From: Octopus sinensis
Lineage: Eukaryota
Direction: 5' to 3'
DNA length: 64,000 nt
Assembly: GCF_006345805.1 (NCBI RefSeq)
Contig: NC_043004.1
Location: 24,118,001 to 24,182,000 of the forward strand
Shown here: positions 12,481 to 27,309 of the stretch, piece by piece
How positions within the stretch are numbered: the stretch's first letter is position 1
Layout of the letters: every line of letters starts with the position of its first letter
The notes under the pieces: model-generated
Seen by the model: the letters and a program-made list of their open reading frames with translations, nothing else
The model's database searches: none
Told to the model about the DNA's origin: nothing
Translations under genes and position numbers: made by a program

Positions 12481-12815
12481 TTCGTTGTGTCTTGCAACCT
12501 TTTCAATAGTTTTGACTCTGTCCGTTATTTACACAGCATTCCCTTTTGTTTGTTTGTGCGCATGTGTGTGGGTCAGTGTGTGTATGCATATGTATATATG
12601 TATGTATGTGTGTGCATGTGTGTGTGTGTGTGTGTGTGTGTACCAAGTTTGTATGTATGGATGTGCATCTTTATATGTGTGGATACGTGTCTCCATATGT
12701 GTCTATATGCCTATCCGTCTGTATATTGATCTATTTATTTACATATCTATATGCTTACATACAGAAAAAAAGTGCATACACACACCCACTCACACCCACA
12801 TACATGCATACGCAC

Positions 12816-12882
<67 letters not shown>

Positions 12883-12964
12883 CATCCACCATGTTGAAGC
12901 GTTGAAATCTACAAGTATATTTTCATTCTCTCAGTGTATTGTCTCTTGTTTCTTTTGAAAAGCA

Positions 12965-13071
12965 TAGATTCCAAACGTAAAACACTTGTTCAGTTTTCTC
13001 AAGCCTCAAACTAATACAATTGCTTGTTGTTCATACACCTGTCGTCATCTTTTTGTTTTCTATAGATTTCA

Positions 13072-13075
<4 letters not shown>
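12965..13075 (+). mobile_element. Truncated copy of the 26030/32240/61230 repeat family
   Basis: aaacgtaaaacacttgtt...actaatac...ttgttgttcatacacctgtc resembles 26054-26135; ends in (TA)n. Confidence 0.6.
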
Positions 13076-13155
<80 letters not shown>

Positions 13156-15140
13156 TGTATACGTGTGTATTTTATGCATATAAATATATACATATATACA
13201 TGTATATATGTAAACATATATATATATAACGTATATATTTGTATATATTTATATATATATATATATATATACATACATACATATATACAGCGTTCTTTGT
13301 GTCTCGTCTACAGGATTTTGATGTAAAATCGTGCATTTATATATATATGCATGTACACACAGAGACACATATATCATATTATATTATATTATACACACAC
13401 ATACACACAAACATTTTTCGAATTTAAATATATATATATTATTGACAGCTGGTCAGTCCTGGAAAGTGTGTATGTTTATATTAGAGGTGTATGCGTGTGT
13501 GAAAGAGAGAGGGCGAGAGAGGGCGAGAGGGAGCATTGCAAACAATGAATGGAATAAACATGAAATGAAAAATCGTATGGATAAAATCTCGCTTATTTAG
13601 ATTTGTGAACTTGAAATATTCAATAATAAAAGGAAATTCAGAATGTAAATATTTCAGAAAACTTCAGTCTACAGAAATCTCTCTTGCTTAGTTAATATAT
13701 CTTTCAGTTATGTATCCTAGTTGTAACATATCTGTAATTTAAACAAACTTCAAGGTTTAGTATATTAAAAACAGCAGTGATCACATAGTTATTATTTTAA
13801 GGCTTATAGTGTTTCCAACAAAATCCCTTCTTAATTTCTAATTTTTTTTTTAGTTATACAGGTTTATTAAAAAATTTTCATTTTATCAAAACTGAGACTC
13901 AAAATTATGCAGCTAGTTTGTCTAATAGCATCCGATTTTTTGTCTAATAGTAAAATATTCAATAAATATTTATTTTTACATTACGTATGTAGAATAAACT
14001 GTGGGTTTTGCAAAGAGCGAATTAAAGGTTGAAATGAAAACATTGAAATGAATATATATGAAATTAACGTTAATAAATATGGGGACGAGATAGAGGGAGG
14101 GGAAGTTGCAAATGAAAACGGAAAATTTCGCCTGCAACGAATTAATATTGTTTATTAAATCTAGTCTACAATGAACGCAACAAATACTTAAACATGTCAA
14201 AAACTTGTAGTTCAAATATTCAATAACCTTTAGAAATCGAAATTAAGAGAAGATATATTTATATAAATGTTTCCAGACGGTCAAGCCTCTAATAATTGCT
14301 TTCTTTAATAATTGCTTTCTTTTTGTAACTGTTACATACCTAAAGTTTTATCTTAATAATTATGATGCGCACTCTTAACTTTTACTAATTCTCCTCTGTC
14401 TATCGCTCTCCCTCTCTTGTTCTTCATCCTTTCTGATTCTCTCCCACCCTTCCCTATTCTTGTCCTCTCCTCTTCACCGTTCCCTCTCTCTTACTCCTCC
14501 TCCTCCTCTTCCTCGACTCTCATCACTGATACGTAACCGGAGGGAAATCATCTTTCCAACTGCAATCTTCACCGAGACAAGGCGGCTTGTCCTGTCCCTC
14601 TGATAAGCTGCTCCCTTAATGCGTTCAAAATAATTTTTCCAACGTCTTGGCTTAACAGCCCTCATGATTTATTTTTACTGTGTTATTCTCTTTGTCCTGT
14701 CTTTTACTGTTTTTACTTGTATTGTTTTTACTGTCTTGTTTTGTTCTTAGTGTCCTGTTCTTGCTACCACTTTTACCCCTCCGCAAAAAAACCCAAATTT
14801 TATTTAATTTCCTTTGCGGGGAGGACTGTTTCAACGAAGTTGCATCTTGTCCTTGGATTCGAAACGCGGAATAGACAAAACAGGGACAACTGAAGAAGAG
14901 GAATATTCCTTGTGTTGTATGTCTTGTACTCTGTTGTTTAAAAAAAATGTTCGTTTCCATGTTTTTATTTCTTTTCATTTCTCATTGTGTTCAACGTTTT
15001 TTTTATGTCCTGTTCCCATATATGCATGTATATATACATATAGATGTAGGTATGTACATATATGTATGTATATATGCATATATTTATATATTATTTATAT
15101 TAATAAATAATCAGCTTTCTTTATTATAATATTGATAGAT

Positions 15141-15172
<32 letters not shown>

Positions 15173-15289
15173 GTTAATTTTGTCTTCGGACTAGAATCTG
15201 ACAAGTTCTCCACGAAGCTACAGCGTTTGCGGGTGCGAAACCTTTGGACACTCTTATTAACTTTATTACTTTTAATACACACACACATA

Positions 15290-15368
<79 letters not shown>

Positions 15369-15603
15369 CAATTAGAGGTTGGATAAGTCTCATTAAGGGA
15401 TAGTAATATCCAATGAATTACTGGTCCATTACCTAGTATTTGTTGTAAATATTAATTATAATACTCATGAATAACATATCATTAGATAAATGAAGTTTAT
15501 ATTTATTTAAGAACAATAAGACAATGGAGCTACATCAATTAATAAGTATATTTATTAATGGCAAAACTAAACATTATATATTATTTTATATCAATACTGA
15601 TGA

Positions 15604-15634
<31 letters not shown>

Positions 15635-15673
15635 CATATATACACATACACACACAAACACGCACACACACAC

Positions 15674-15713
<40 letters not shown>

Positions 15714-15854
15714 TTGTATGTATATATTATACGTATGTAAACTATTATTGATGTATATATATATAAAGTTAATCCAAACAAGAAAGCATATATAAATGTG
15801 TCCTTTCTAAAGCCTAGCCAGTTTCCATGGCTTATATGGTCCCCAGCTGGACGT

Positions 15855-16011
15855 GATGCCAGTTGCTCATTTTTGCCAGCTGAGTGGACTGGAGCAACGT
15901 GCAATGAAGGATTTAGCTCAAGAACACATCGCGTCGCCCAGTTCAGGAATCGAAACAACAATCTTACGATCATGATACTGACACCCTAACCACTAAGCCA
16001 CGCGTCTCCAC
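15855..16011 (-). mobile_element. tRNA-headed SINE, family D
   Basis: Minus strand has A box gtggcttagtggtta, B box gtttcgattcc, and body ctccagtccactcagctggcaaaaatgag shared with 27001-27309 and 45192-45420. Confidence 0.85.
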
Positions 16012-16015
16012 ACAT

Positions 16016-16126
<111 letters not shown>

Positions 16127-17062
16127 ATTTTCTCTTTAGATAATACACACAATTTATACAATACATTGTATATTTGAAATATTTATATGTGCATAATATA
16201 CTGAAGATAGATAGATATATAGATAGATAGATAGGTAGGTAGGTACTTTGAAACATGTATGTGTATATGGAGCCATGTTTTGTACATATCTATGTATATA
16301 TATAAGTGTATTTATATGCGTATGCGCATGTGTTTGTGTGTGTGTGTATGTGTGTGTATGTGTGTGTATGCACGCGTGTATTTGTGTGCTTTGCAATATC
16401 TCAGATAAGAAATTACCATCAGCGTCTCGAAGACTCTATATCCGATAGCATGCTCTGGTACGTTATTCCCCTACGTGTAGGTAGCAACTTTGATCATACT
16501 GTTCACAGTTTTCAATCACAAGGTTACTTTCATGGAACAGATGCCTTATATTAAATGATTTCACTGTAAAATTTTACTGACACTTAACAAGGTAACATCT
16601 GAGTAAGCAGTTTGAACGTTTTGCAGCATCTGATTTAGTTATAGTATTGATCCTTGCTGCGTCTATTGAAGTTCTGCTCTCTGAAATGTCTCTTTATAGA
16701 ACAGTCTAGAGTTTCCTATTTACCACTACTACAGAGATAATCAAACAAGAATACTTGATACTCCCGTATCACGAGGTTTAATAACAATTGATATGCAACT
16801 GTTAGCACACTGGTCGTTATTACATCTATTGATTGTGATAAGAGTTAATCCTGCAACTTTTTGCTACTTCAGCGCCAGCAATATTAATGCCGTTTTGTAG
16901 AAGCCCATCATATATAAACATCGACATAAGCACTATAACATTGACATTGTCGTGCGTGTGTACATCCGTGTGTGCGACTGACCCTTTATGTGTGAAAGGG
17001 GGAGAGCGAGAGAGAAAGAGAGATTGACATACCACGTTCACTTTCAGTCTACAAGATGCGCC

Positions 17063-17188
17063 CACAAGGCTTTGGACGACCCAGGGCTATGGTAGAAGAC
17101 ATTTGCCGAAGGTGCCACGCAGCCGGACTGGCCCCAGAACCTTGTGGTTGAGAGGCAAGCTTCTTACTACACAGCCACACCTGCACCT
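17063..17188 (-). mobile_element. 5' half of composite SINE (tRNA head plus CORE-like segment)
   Basis: Matches 21965-22083 (cacaaggctttgg...agaagaca...aaggtgccacgcag...cttac.acacagccac). Confidence 0.8.
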
Positions 17189-17209
17189 AAGTAAAAGGTA
17201 TATATGCAA

Positions 17210-17275
<66 letters not shown>

Positions 17276-18678
17276 TGTGTTTTAGAGTTTTACGCTGTTC
17301 ATCAGTCAGGTGTTGAGATGCAGTGTCTGCAGTGATTATACTACTATACTCTAAGTCTTGTAACAATCATTGCATGTTTGCTAGCATTTTGGACAATGAA
17401 GTCTCTAGCTGTAAGCAAGAGTCGCCGGAAGAATGTCAAGTCCAACACCAAAGCACCTGCAAATTTATTCCGACATTTATTCTCTATAGTCTTGTTTGTA
17501 TTCTCTAGTCTTGTCTGCAAGAGTATTTACTTGAAATTGAGCTTGCGTAATCCTGGACAGGAACCCATAAGAGGTACTGTCAACAAGAGCGAAATGAACA
17601 CGTGACTTCTGAGAAGCAAGGTCCTGACGACCTGAAGAAATAAATGAGGTCATTAAACACTACCCTACTGTTAGCAATTATAATAAATATGTCCATCATG
17701 ATGAATGAAACTAAGATCTATCAGCTAGTGACTTTGACGTCTCTGACCATCCGCTGTGCGATATCTCTCGTCGTTAGGGACTGTTGGAACTAAACAAATA
17801 AACAAAGCAGACTTAACCCCAACTTTTTTTTTTTTTAGAAAAATTGTATTACATGACACGAGCGTAGAAGAAAATGCGCATTTATGTGTATTTAAGTTAG
17901 TCTCTACTTATTTTAGTTATGCTATTCGGCTGTGATGTTCCTCAGTAGAGACGTCTATTGTTGCACAGCCTATCGGTGAGAAACAACCACGAGCACAGTA
18001 TAATCATAAGATATTTTGGGATCATAATAAACAACCTAACTGTTACCTTATCTGAGCCGTTTCGCATGACTAAAACTAAGAGACATTCCAATAACCGAAC
18101 ATACATGCAGATATTGCACGAGTTAACGTGAAATAGACAAATATCTTTGGTTCATGTGTTATTTAGATTATTATACATATTATAATCTCATATCATTTTG
18201 AGTTAAATTACACACGCACAAACACACATACACACACGCATACATGTTCGTGTACGTGTGCGTATGTGTGTCTGAGTGTGTTAAAAGTGAGTGTTCTGGA
18301 TGCGATATACAACAAATTGTATATCTTTTGAAATTTCGGTTGGAGCGGATTACGAAACACACACAAACGCACACACACTCACAACACAAACACATGCACA
18401 CAACACACACTCACGCATACACACACACACACACACAAATATAGAGACCTCGCGACATTCACACAACGCAGTCATTCACAGACACTTACGCATATACACA
18501 AATGGGATTGCATGTGTGTATGTATTTGTTTTAAGAGTCTAAGCAGTTTCTGGGCTTCTATACATTATCCTTAACATAAATATATAACTTTTCTATCTGT
18601 GTCACCAATCAGCTATTTATCTTGCTATACATGTATATACATACACACACATGCATATATCCATATAAATATATATCC

Positions 18679-18737
<59 letters not shown>

Positions 18738-18794
18738 ATACATATATATACATACATACATATATATGCATGGATGCATGTGTGTATATATCTA

Positions 18795-18855
<61 letters not shown>

Positions 18856-19158
18856 TATGTAAGCACATACACACACACACATATATATATATGTGTGTAT
18901 TTATATATATGTAGGCATATATGGTTATATGCATATGTGTTGATGTATGTATATATATTATATATATGCTCATAAACATTTTGTCACACACACGCGAACA
19001 CACCATCAACAATATAATTCGCTAAATTATAGGGCAGCAAAGATCGATTACAACAAACATTAAGAGTTATGTTTGACGTTAATACACCGGTCAATGATAT
19101 ATAATCTACGATATTTCCCCTATCTGGAATATCAAGAAAATATACATAAGGTATATCT

Positions 19159-19159
<1 letters not shown>

Positions 19160-19206
<47 letters not shown>

Positions 19207-19230
19207 CTGGTGGTGGTAGTAGTAGTAGTG

Positions 19231-19266
<36 letters not shown>

Positions 19267-19273
19267 CTGGCAA

Positions 19274-19358
<85 letters not shown>

Positions 19359-19359
19359 T

Positions 19360-19400
<41 letters not shown>
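19160..19400. repeat. (TAG)n/(TGG)n trinucleotide microsatellite
   Basis: Direct reading. Similar tracts at about 26545-26690, 35740-35910 and 36030-36150. Confidence 0.98.
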
Positions 19401-19527
19401 TTCATTAAATGTATAAATCGAAACCAAATCACGTTTTTTGAAACACAATAACATATACACCACTGTGATGGGAACTACATTTTAAAATTTCAGTATTAAA
19501 CCTTATCTTCATCTTCATCTTTTTTTT

Positions 19528-19862
19528 TTCCTTTTGTCGCTATTGCAGTGATATTTCATTTCGATGCTATTCTAATGGCCTACCTCTCTGTTGCTATTTT
19601 TTGGCGTTTCTCATTGTTGCTGTTGCACTGAAGTTTTTCTCCCCTGCTGCTGCGTTGATGTTTCTCTTTGTCGCTATTGTACTGACGTTTATATTGCACT
19701 AGTGTTTCCTTTTCTTGCTATTCCAATGATGTTGCAACTGTAATAGTGTTTCTCTTCGTTGCTATTGCATTGATTTTTCTATTTGTTTCTATAGCATCAG
19801 CGTTTCTCATCCTAGCTATTGCACTGATGTTTCAGTTTGTTACTATTGTACTGACGCTTGTC
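19528..19862. repeat. Degenerate 27-bp minisatellite, consensus near GTTTCTCTTTGTTGCTATTGCACTGAT
   Basis: GCTATT cores at 19539, 19566, 19593 and GCTGTT at 19619 (26-27 bp period); about 12 units. Confidence 0.8.
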
Positions 19863-20261
19863 AAATGTCTCTTCAAAACTCAGTGAATAACACGAAATAG
19901 AAAATCACATCAAGGCTTTGCATCAATACTGCATATAGGTGGCCAACAGGAATAGTCATTTGATCCATGAAAAAAAAAATGTTCCAGGGTATATATTCTG
20001 GCTCTTTATATTCTGAGTTCAAATCCTACTGATGAAAATATCACTTTTTATCTGTCTAGAATCATCAAATCCAGTACTAATCTAAATGGGTGTGCTGGTT
20101 GAATTCTTACAACAGTTGAGAGGACACCCTGCGTCATTTGCTCCATATCATTGTGCTCTAACATGCTTTCCTGCCGTAGCTTTCTTGAATGATTGACATG
20201 CATCTGGATTTACCACTCTAGCTTTGGACGCCCTTTACTTACTCTTAAGCCCCAGGGTTAA

Positions 20262-20503
20262 AGATACTTTCCTATTTCTTTATTACCCACAAGGGGCTAA
20301 ACACAGAGCGGACAAACAAGGACAGACATAGGTATTGAGTCGATTACATCGACCCCAGTGCGTGACTGGTACTTAATTTATCGACCCCGAAAGGATGAAA
20401 GGCAAAGTCGACCTCGGCGGAATTTGAACTCACAACGTGACGCAGACGAAATGCCGCTAAGCATTTCGCCCGGCGTGCTAAGGTTTCTGCCAGCTCGCCG
20501 CCT
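20262..20503 (-). mobile_element. tRNA-headed SINE, family A, near full length
   Basis: Minus strand: ggcggcgagctggcagaa...gagttcaaattccgccgaggtcgactttgcctttcatcctttcggggtcgataaattaagtaccagt. Highly similar to 44710-44945. Confidence 0.9.
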
Positions 20504-21133
20504 TAAAAATACTTTCCACCACCCGACAAACACACGTGTGTGTGATTTTGCGATATATCAATTGCGAAGTTATTCCCCCAATCCCTTGTTGCTTACTGAA
20601 AATATGGCAATAACGACATACCACAATTGTCTTTTCATTTAGAAATTGAATATTAAAAAGCAGTGATGTTTATATGTCCTTTATTACTCAATTACATAGC
20701 TGTTAACTATATTAGCAACGATGATATAAGTGAACACAATATAAATATTTGACAAAATATATTGCTATATCTAGTTACGGTTCTTTACACTCTGAGTTCA
20801 AACCCTATATTAACTTTCACATTTGGTGGAGGGAGGGGTCAATAAAGGAAGTACTATTTCAATATTCATATACATTCCCTCCAAATGATTGCTGTTGATA
20901 TGAAAAATAATTACCTGAAAGTATTGCCTTGGTATGACCGTATTTCAGTACCTAAAATCAATACTGATTCTTATGTATCGAACCCAGTACATATTTACTT
21001 TATAAAACCTGGGCCTTATTAAATTGACTATATATATATACACATATATATATATATATATTTATTCTATTTTATTTTATTTTATTTTATCTAGTTTCAG
21101 CTCACGAGCTGTGGCCATGCTGGGGCACCGCCA

Positions 21134-21191
<58 letters not shown>

Positions 21192-21192
<1 letters not shown>

Positions 21193-21440
21193 TGTTATAT
21201 TTCGGAATGGTCATATTGCCAGTTTAGCCAATAAAACCACACGCACTATATATTTGGTGTTATTTTGCTTCAGTGATATTTATTTTTTACATTAATCTTA
21301 ATCTTATTTCGGCCAAAGTTCTTTCGTTACACTCCTGTGACCGCATCAGTGGTCCTTTGTTTTCTTCTCACTTACTTGTGTCTCTCCTTACTAACCGTCT
21401 GAAACTGGTGACGGGAATCATGTAAAACCTTGACACAGAG
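21192..21440. mobile_element. Penelope-like terminal fragment next to (TA)n
   Basis: ttatatttcggaatggtcatattgccagtttagccaata is the reverse complement of about 55031-55069. Confidence 0.55.
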
Positions 21441-21656
21441 TTACATTTAGAAAATGTGTACTTATATATAGCAATATATGAGCGAGGAATCTCAGTACAC
21501 ATGTGTGCTTGTGCCTGTCTTTCTCTGAAATCTGTGTTTCTACTTTTGCTTCTTTCTCTCTCTCTCTCTCTGTCTCTCTTTCATACACCGTCTTTTCCAT
21601 ACATATTCATACACATCTACCCATATGTATATATATTTATACATTATATCTGTATT

Positions 21657-21863
21657 TTTTTTACTTGTTTCAGTCATTTGACTGCAGCCATGCTGGAGCA
21701 CAACCTTTAGTCGAGCAAATCGACCCCAGGACTTATTCTTTGTAAGCCTAGTCGCTTTTGCCGAACCGCTAAGTTACGGGGACGAAAACACACCAGCATC
21801 GATTGTCAAGCGATGTTGGGGGTACAAACATAGACACACAAATACACACACACATATATATAT

Positions 21864-21927
<64 letters not shown>

Positions 21928-22083
21928 GACGGGCTTCTTTCAGTTTCCGTCTACCTAATCCACTCACAAGGCTTTGGTCGGCCCGAGGCTATACTAGAAG
22001 ACACTAGTCCAAGGTGCCACGCAGTGGGACTGAACCGGAACCATGTAGTTCGTAAGCAAGCTACTTACCACACAGCCACTCCT
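21657..22083 (-). mobile_element. Full-length composite SINE: tRNA head, CORE-like segment, internal (TA)/(CA) microsatellite, LINE-like tail
   Basis: Head 22083-21927, spacer about 21835-21926, 3' half ending ...gctccagcatggctgcagtcaaatgactgaaacaagtaa. Confidence 0.9.
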
Positions 22084-24851
22084 ATTAATATGTTATATCT
22101 GTATATATGTATGCCCATATGCACATGAGTGTGTGTGTGGTGGAGGTATATATATATGTGTGTATGTGTGTGTGTGTTTAGCGTCTGTGTGTGAATGTAT
22201 ATATGTAAGTGTTAATTATACCTGCCTTGAGCTAACAGCTGCTTGTGGGTCTTTCTGAATGATACACCTAAACAAATAATTACCTTGAAATTTTTAACAG
22301 TGCAGACCACCTCATGATGAGCCGTGTCTTATGCGACTCACAACTCGAAAAATTGTTACGCATGCTTTATCTGTTATCTCTACAATCCTTAAGAAATAGA
22401 ATCAAACATATTTGTGAACATGTGTGCATGTATGTGCGTGTGCGTGCGTGTGCGTGTGTGTCTGTGTGTGTGAGCATGTGTTTCTAGGTCATTACACATA
22501 ACAGAATTCATTGATTTGCATGAAGCTGTAGATTCAGTACACTACTCCAGGTTTCTGGTTTAGTTCATTCATGTAAGCCGCAGAAATATGTCTATCTTAT
22601 TTTTTATTAGATCTGATAAGATTTATTTATGTATTTTTAAACATATGTATATATATCTCAACTTATACCCAGTGACAATTTTTTTAAATATTTCATATGC
22701 TTGTTTTATCTACGTCACATTTTATGATTCAGCGTTTAAGTCTTCTTCGCGTCATGTTCAGGAAAGACCTTTGAACACTGACTCAGTTCAATCCGTAAGA
22801 GTAAAACCGTGTTAGCGGAAACTGTGTAAACCGCCTGTGTAAACATGAACCTCATATGCTCCAGGTTCATATATTTTATCTGTTTCCCTGTTTCAAACCT
22901 TTACAAAAATTGTGTGTTGTTGATGGAATCTACTCTGTTGCAAGCATAGCGACCCGGTTTTATCTTTTTCCCTACCAGTCCTGAAAGCCTTGCAAACGGT
23001 CCTTTTTGCACGTTACTAATACTTAACGGTAAACCCCCTGGGTTTGTTTATTACACAAATAACTAACAGAGTTATGCCCAGGAATTCAGAAGATGTAAGT
23101 ACTTTTTAGACATATGGAGTTTTCTATGACTACTTCACCTTGGTATACTTAATAAAACTCTATTGCGATGGGACCTAGTAGATCCTGAGACCCAGTTACC
23201 TAGTAACCTAGTGACCCTGTAGTCAAGTATTACAGGGAATATGGCGGTGATAATCTGTGCATTCAAGATGTTAATTATATTTGAAATGGCTTTATTGTTA
23301 CCATTCTCAGATGTTTTTATGCATTAAACTTAAAGTGAATTCGCTTTCATCTACCAAGATCGATAAAATAGATGGTAAATACTTACTAGGAAAAATCCAA
23401 CTGATTACACTGTTTCCTGGTAAAGTATGACATTCTACTTAAACTAGAAATCCTCATCTATGTTATCAAAGAAATGATTTTCCAACCGACACCAAAAATT
23501 GTGAGGAACTGTCATATACGGATCTCATGTTTACAGACATCAGAGAAATACTTTACCGGTTCCATTGATTTGGGTTAGTGACTATGTAGGCGTCATCATC
23601 GCTGAAGTAGCAGGGATCGTCAAAGAAGCGACACAAAAGAAATCAATAATACAATAATATGTCTTTGAAATATGTTATGATTTTAATGAACCTGGTCTCT
23701 CAAAACAATAACTTTTTAAACAGTTGTTTCTTTATCGAGTCTTGATGTATTTTATATTATTGCCTACATCAATCAATCGTCTTCAAAGTGTTTTCTAACA
23801 TGCGCCTAAGCCACAAGAAACAAATATTGCATCTTAGTGGTTTATAAAGAGAGCAGGAATCAATATAAGGCCAGCTGTATTAAAGAAACTAATTCGATAT
23901 TTCTCTCCTTTAATTTCAAATCATATCAGAATTACGTTTGCTTTTCGTCATATGATTAAACAAAGGCGAATTAGGTTTAATAATATCTATATTGGGAGTT
24001 ACTATAACTTAATATTTAGAAAGCAAGCCACATAATTTAGGGGTGGGGTGCTGTTAATTAAATTGAACTGGTGTATGACTGGTACTTATATTTCCGACTT
24101 CAGAAAGATAAAATCATCCCCAACGTAGATTGAAATCTGAGAATAAATGAAAGTAACATCGTACAGATATTATTGCTTTGTGCTCTTGTGTGTCTGCTTA
24201 TCCAATAACATGTGATAAAGCTAATTTATTGTGTAAAATACTATAATTTAGAGAAATTACTTTTTCTGAGTGAATAGACTGATAATTAGATTTATTACGT
24301 TTAAATTAGGAGACAATTTTGTACATTATTAAATATATAAATATTTTGAAATAATTAGTTGAATAAATAAATATTTGCCGTTAAATTTCACTCCTACAAA
24401 ATTTATGTTATTGCCATTGGAAAATATCATATCATATAAAATGTCCATATACGGTACAACGCTTGAAGCACATTGTCTTAATAAAAGCATTTTCAATTTG
24501 AATCCTTCCAAATTTGTGGCCTCTCATAAATCAAGTTTCGGCTTCGGTATGTCACCACGTTCCTAATGTAAGCTAATATTGTGTTCATTAGATAGAAGAT
24601 AACGCTCATACAATAACGTTCACTTCCGTTTTCTCTTTAAATTGAAGGAGATAAATAAATAGCTGATTTTCCTGACCGCGCATTAATGAACAAAACATCC
24701 AAGCCATATTGGATTGTAAGAAATGTAATATCCAATCTCACTACATATAAGTTTGCGTGTAGAAATATTTCAGTTATTAAAAGCAAATATAAGAGTATAC
24801 CTCGGCATTTGGAACCGGCTCAAACTTTGAATGACATGTGTATATAGGATG

Positions 24852-24930
<79 letters not shown>

Positions 24931-25007
24931 ATATATATATATGTATATATGTATGCATGTATGTATGTATGTATATATATATGTATATATGTATGCATGT
25001 ATGTATG

Positions 25008-25082
<75 letters not shown>

Positions 25083-25558
25083 TTTGTGAATGAAGAATAT
25101 ATGATTGAAGGCTACCATTGGCTTCATGTTCAGAAAAGTAACAAAATACCCTAGTCTCTCCACAATTTTTAAAGCCTTGGTGTTTGCCTCCATCGGCTTG
25201 AAGAATTCTTAATACATGTTTTTCTACTTTCTTAACATAAAACCAATGCTAGTGTTAATACATATATATATGTGTGTGTGTATATGTGATGTGGCCCATT
25301 GATTTTAGAATAGATAAACATATGTGTGTATGTTTGCGTTTGTACATTTTTGTGTGCGTCATTGTTCCCGCGCAAGTCTATTTGATCATTACCTGTAACA
25401 ACCTATTGTGTAGCAAAATAAAAAAAGTGGTATTAAACCAGTGCGTGTGTTTCTCCTAACTTTTATTGGCAGAATGACACACCCTAGACACAAGATTTAT
25501 TTAAAGACACTAACTCACGTCAAGAAACTCGCAAACCATCCAAATATAGAAACGAAGG

Positions 25559-26150
<592 letters not shown>

Positions 26151-26649
26151 TTATTTATATGTGTATATGTATATATATATATGTATGTGTATATATGTAT
26201 AATATATATATGTATAATCTATATATGCATACGTTTGTGAGTATATACTTAATACATATATACATATATTTATTCATATATAATTGTTTTTATGTACTTA
26301 TAATTAAAACACTGTCACATGTATATATAAAAATGTGCAGAGATATAAAAACATGTGCATATGTGTTATTTTGCGCGCGCGTGCTTGAGTCGTGGTGCAG
26401 GTTTTTTATTTCTTTGTGAATATCTGACAAGCGAATTAATTATAAATAGTAAGAAGATATCTGGCACTTAAAATTTCAAAATATAGTCTTGTCTTCTCTT
26501 CTATATTCGTTCACATTGACTGTAGTCGCCGTAGCAGCAGCATTTGCAGTAGTAGTAGTAGTGGTAGTAGTAGTAGTAGTAGTAGTAGTAGTAATAGTAG
26601 TAGTAGTAGTATCAGCAGCAGCAGTAGCAGTAGTAGTAGTAGTAGTAGC

Positions 26650-26689
<40 letters not shown>

Positions 26690-27000
26690 TTTCCTGTTGT
26701 AACAAATTGCGAAAACTTATTGTTTTTTGTTTCTTTTTATTCTCTTTCTTATTACATATAATATCTTATTCAGAATGTTAAAAGAACACCTTGGCCCCTT
26801 ATTGTTGTCTGTTATTTTCTGGCAGGTGTAATAGAATGTGTATCCTATGAACGGAAACTTGGCCCAGATGCTTACAACACTTTGCACATCCCTCGAAGCA
26901 CTCAAGGGTGATGTGAGACAGTAAACAAAGCAACAGACTGAATTTAACCCCTAACCTCAACAACCGTCCCTTAGAATCCCTTCTCACAATATTATCAACC

Positions 27001-27309
27001 TGGCATTCCGTCAGTCGCGACAGCAATGGTTCCAATTGATCCGATCAACAGAACAACCTGCTCATGAAATTAATGTGCAAGTGGCTGAGTACTCCGCAGA
27101 CACTAGTATCTGTAACGTAGTTCTCGGGGAGATTCAGCAAGACGCTGAGTATGACAAGGATGGCCCTTTGAAATACAGGTACTACTCATTTTTTTTTGCC
27201 AGCTGAGTGGACTGGAGCGATGTGTCTTGGTCAAGGACACAACGCGTCGCCAAGAAATGAACTCACGATCTTGCGATCGTAAGCCGAATGTTATAACCAC
27301 TAAGTCACG
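27001..27309 (-). mobile_element. tRNA-headed SINE, family D, full length
   Basis: Head matches 15855-16011; body and tail match 59735-59934 (ctcagccacttgcacattaatttc...gacggaatgcca). Confidence 0.85.

Noticed and set aside
15960-16011. tRNA-like A and B boxes as tRNA genes, here and at other SINE heads
   Set aside because: There is no complete cloverleaf, and each continues into a shared SINE body.
21315-21360. Minus-strand CTGATGCG-hairpin-GAAAG hammerhead-like arrangement
   Set aside because: A9 is altered and there is no plausible helix III; too degenerate to call.
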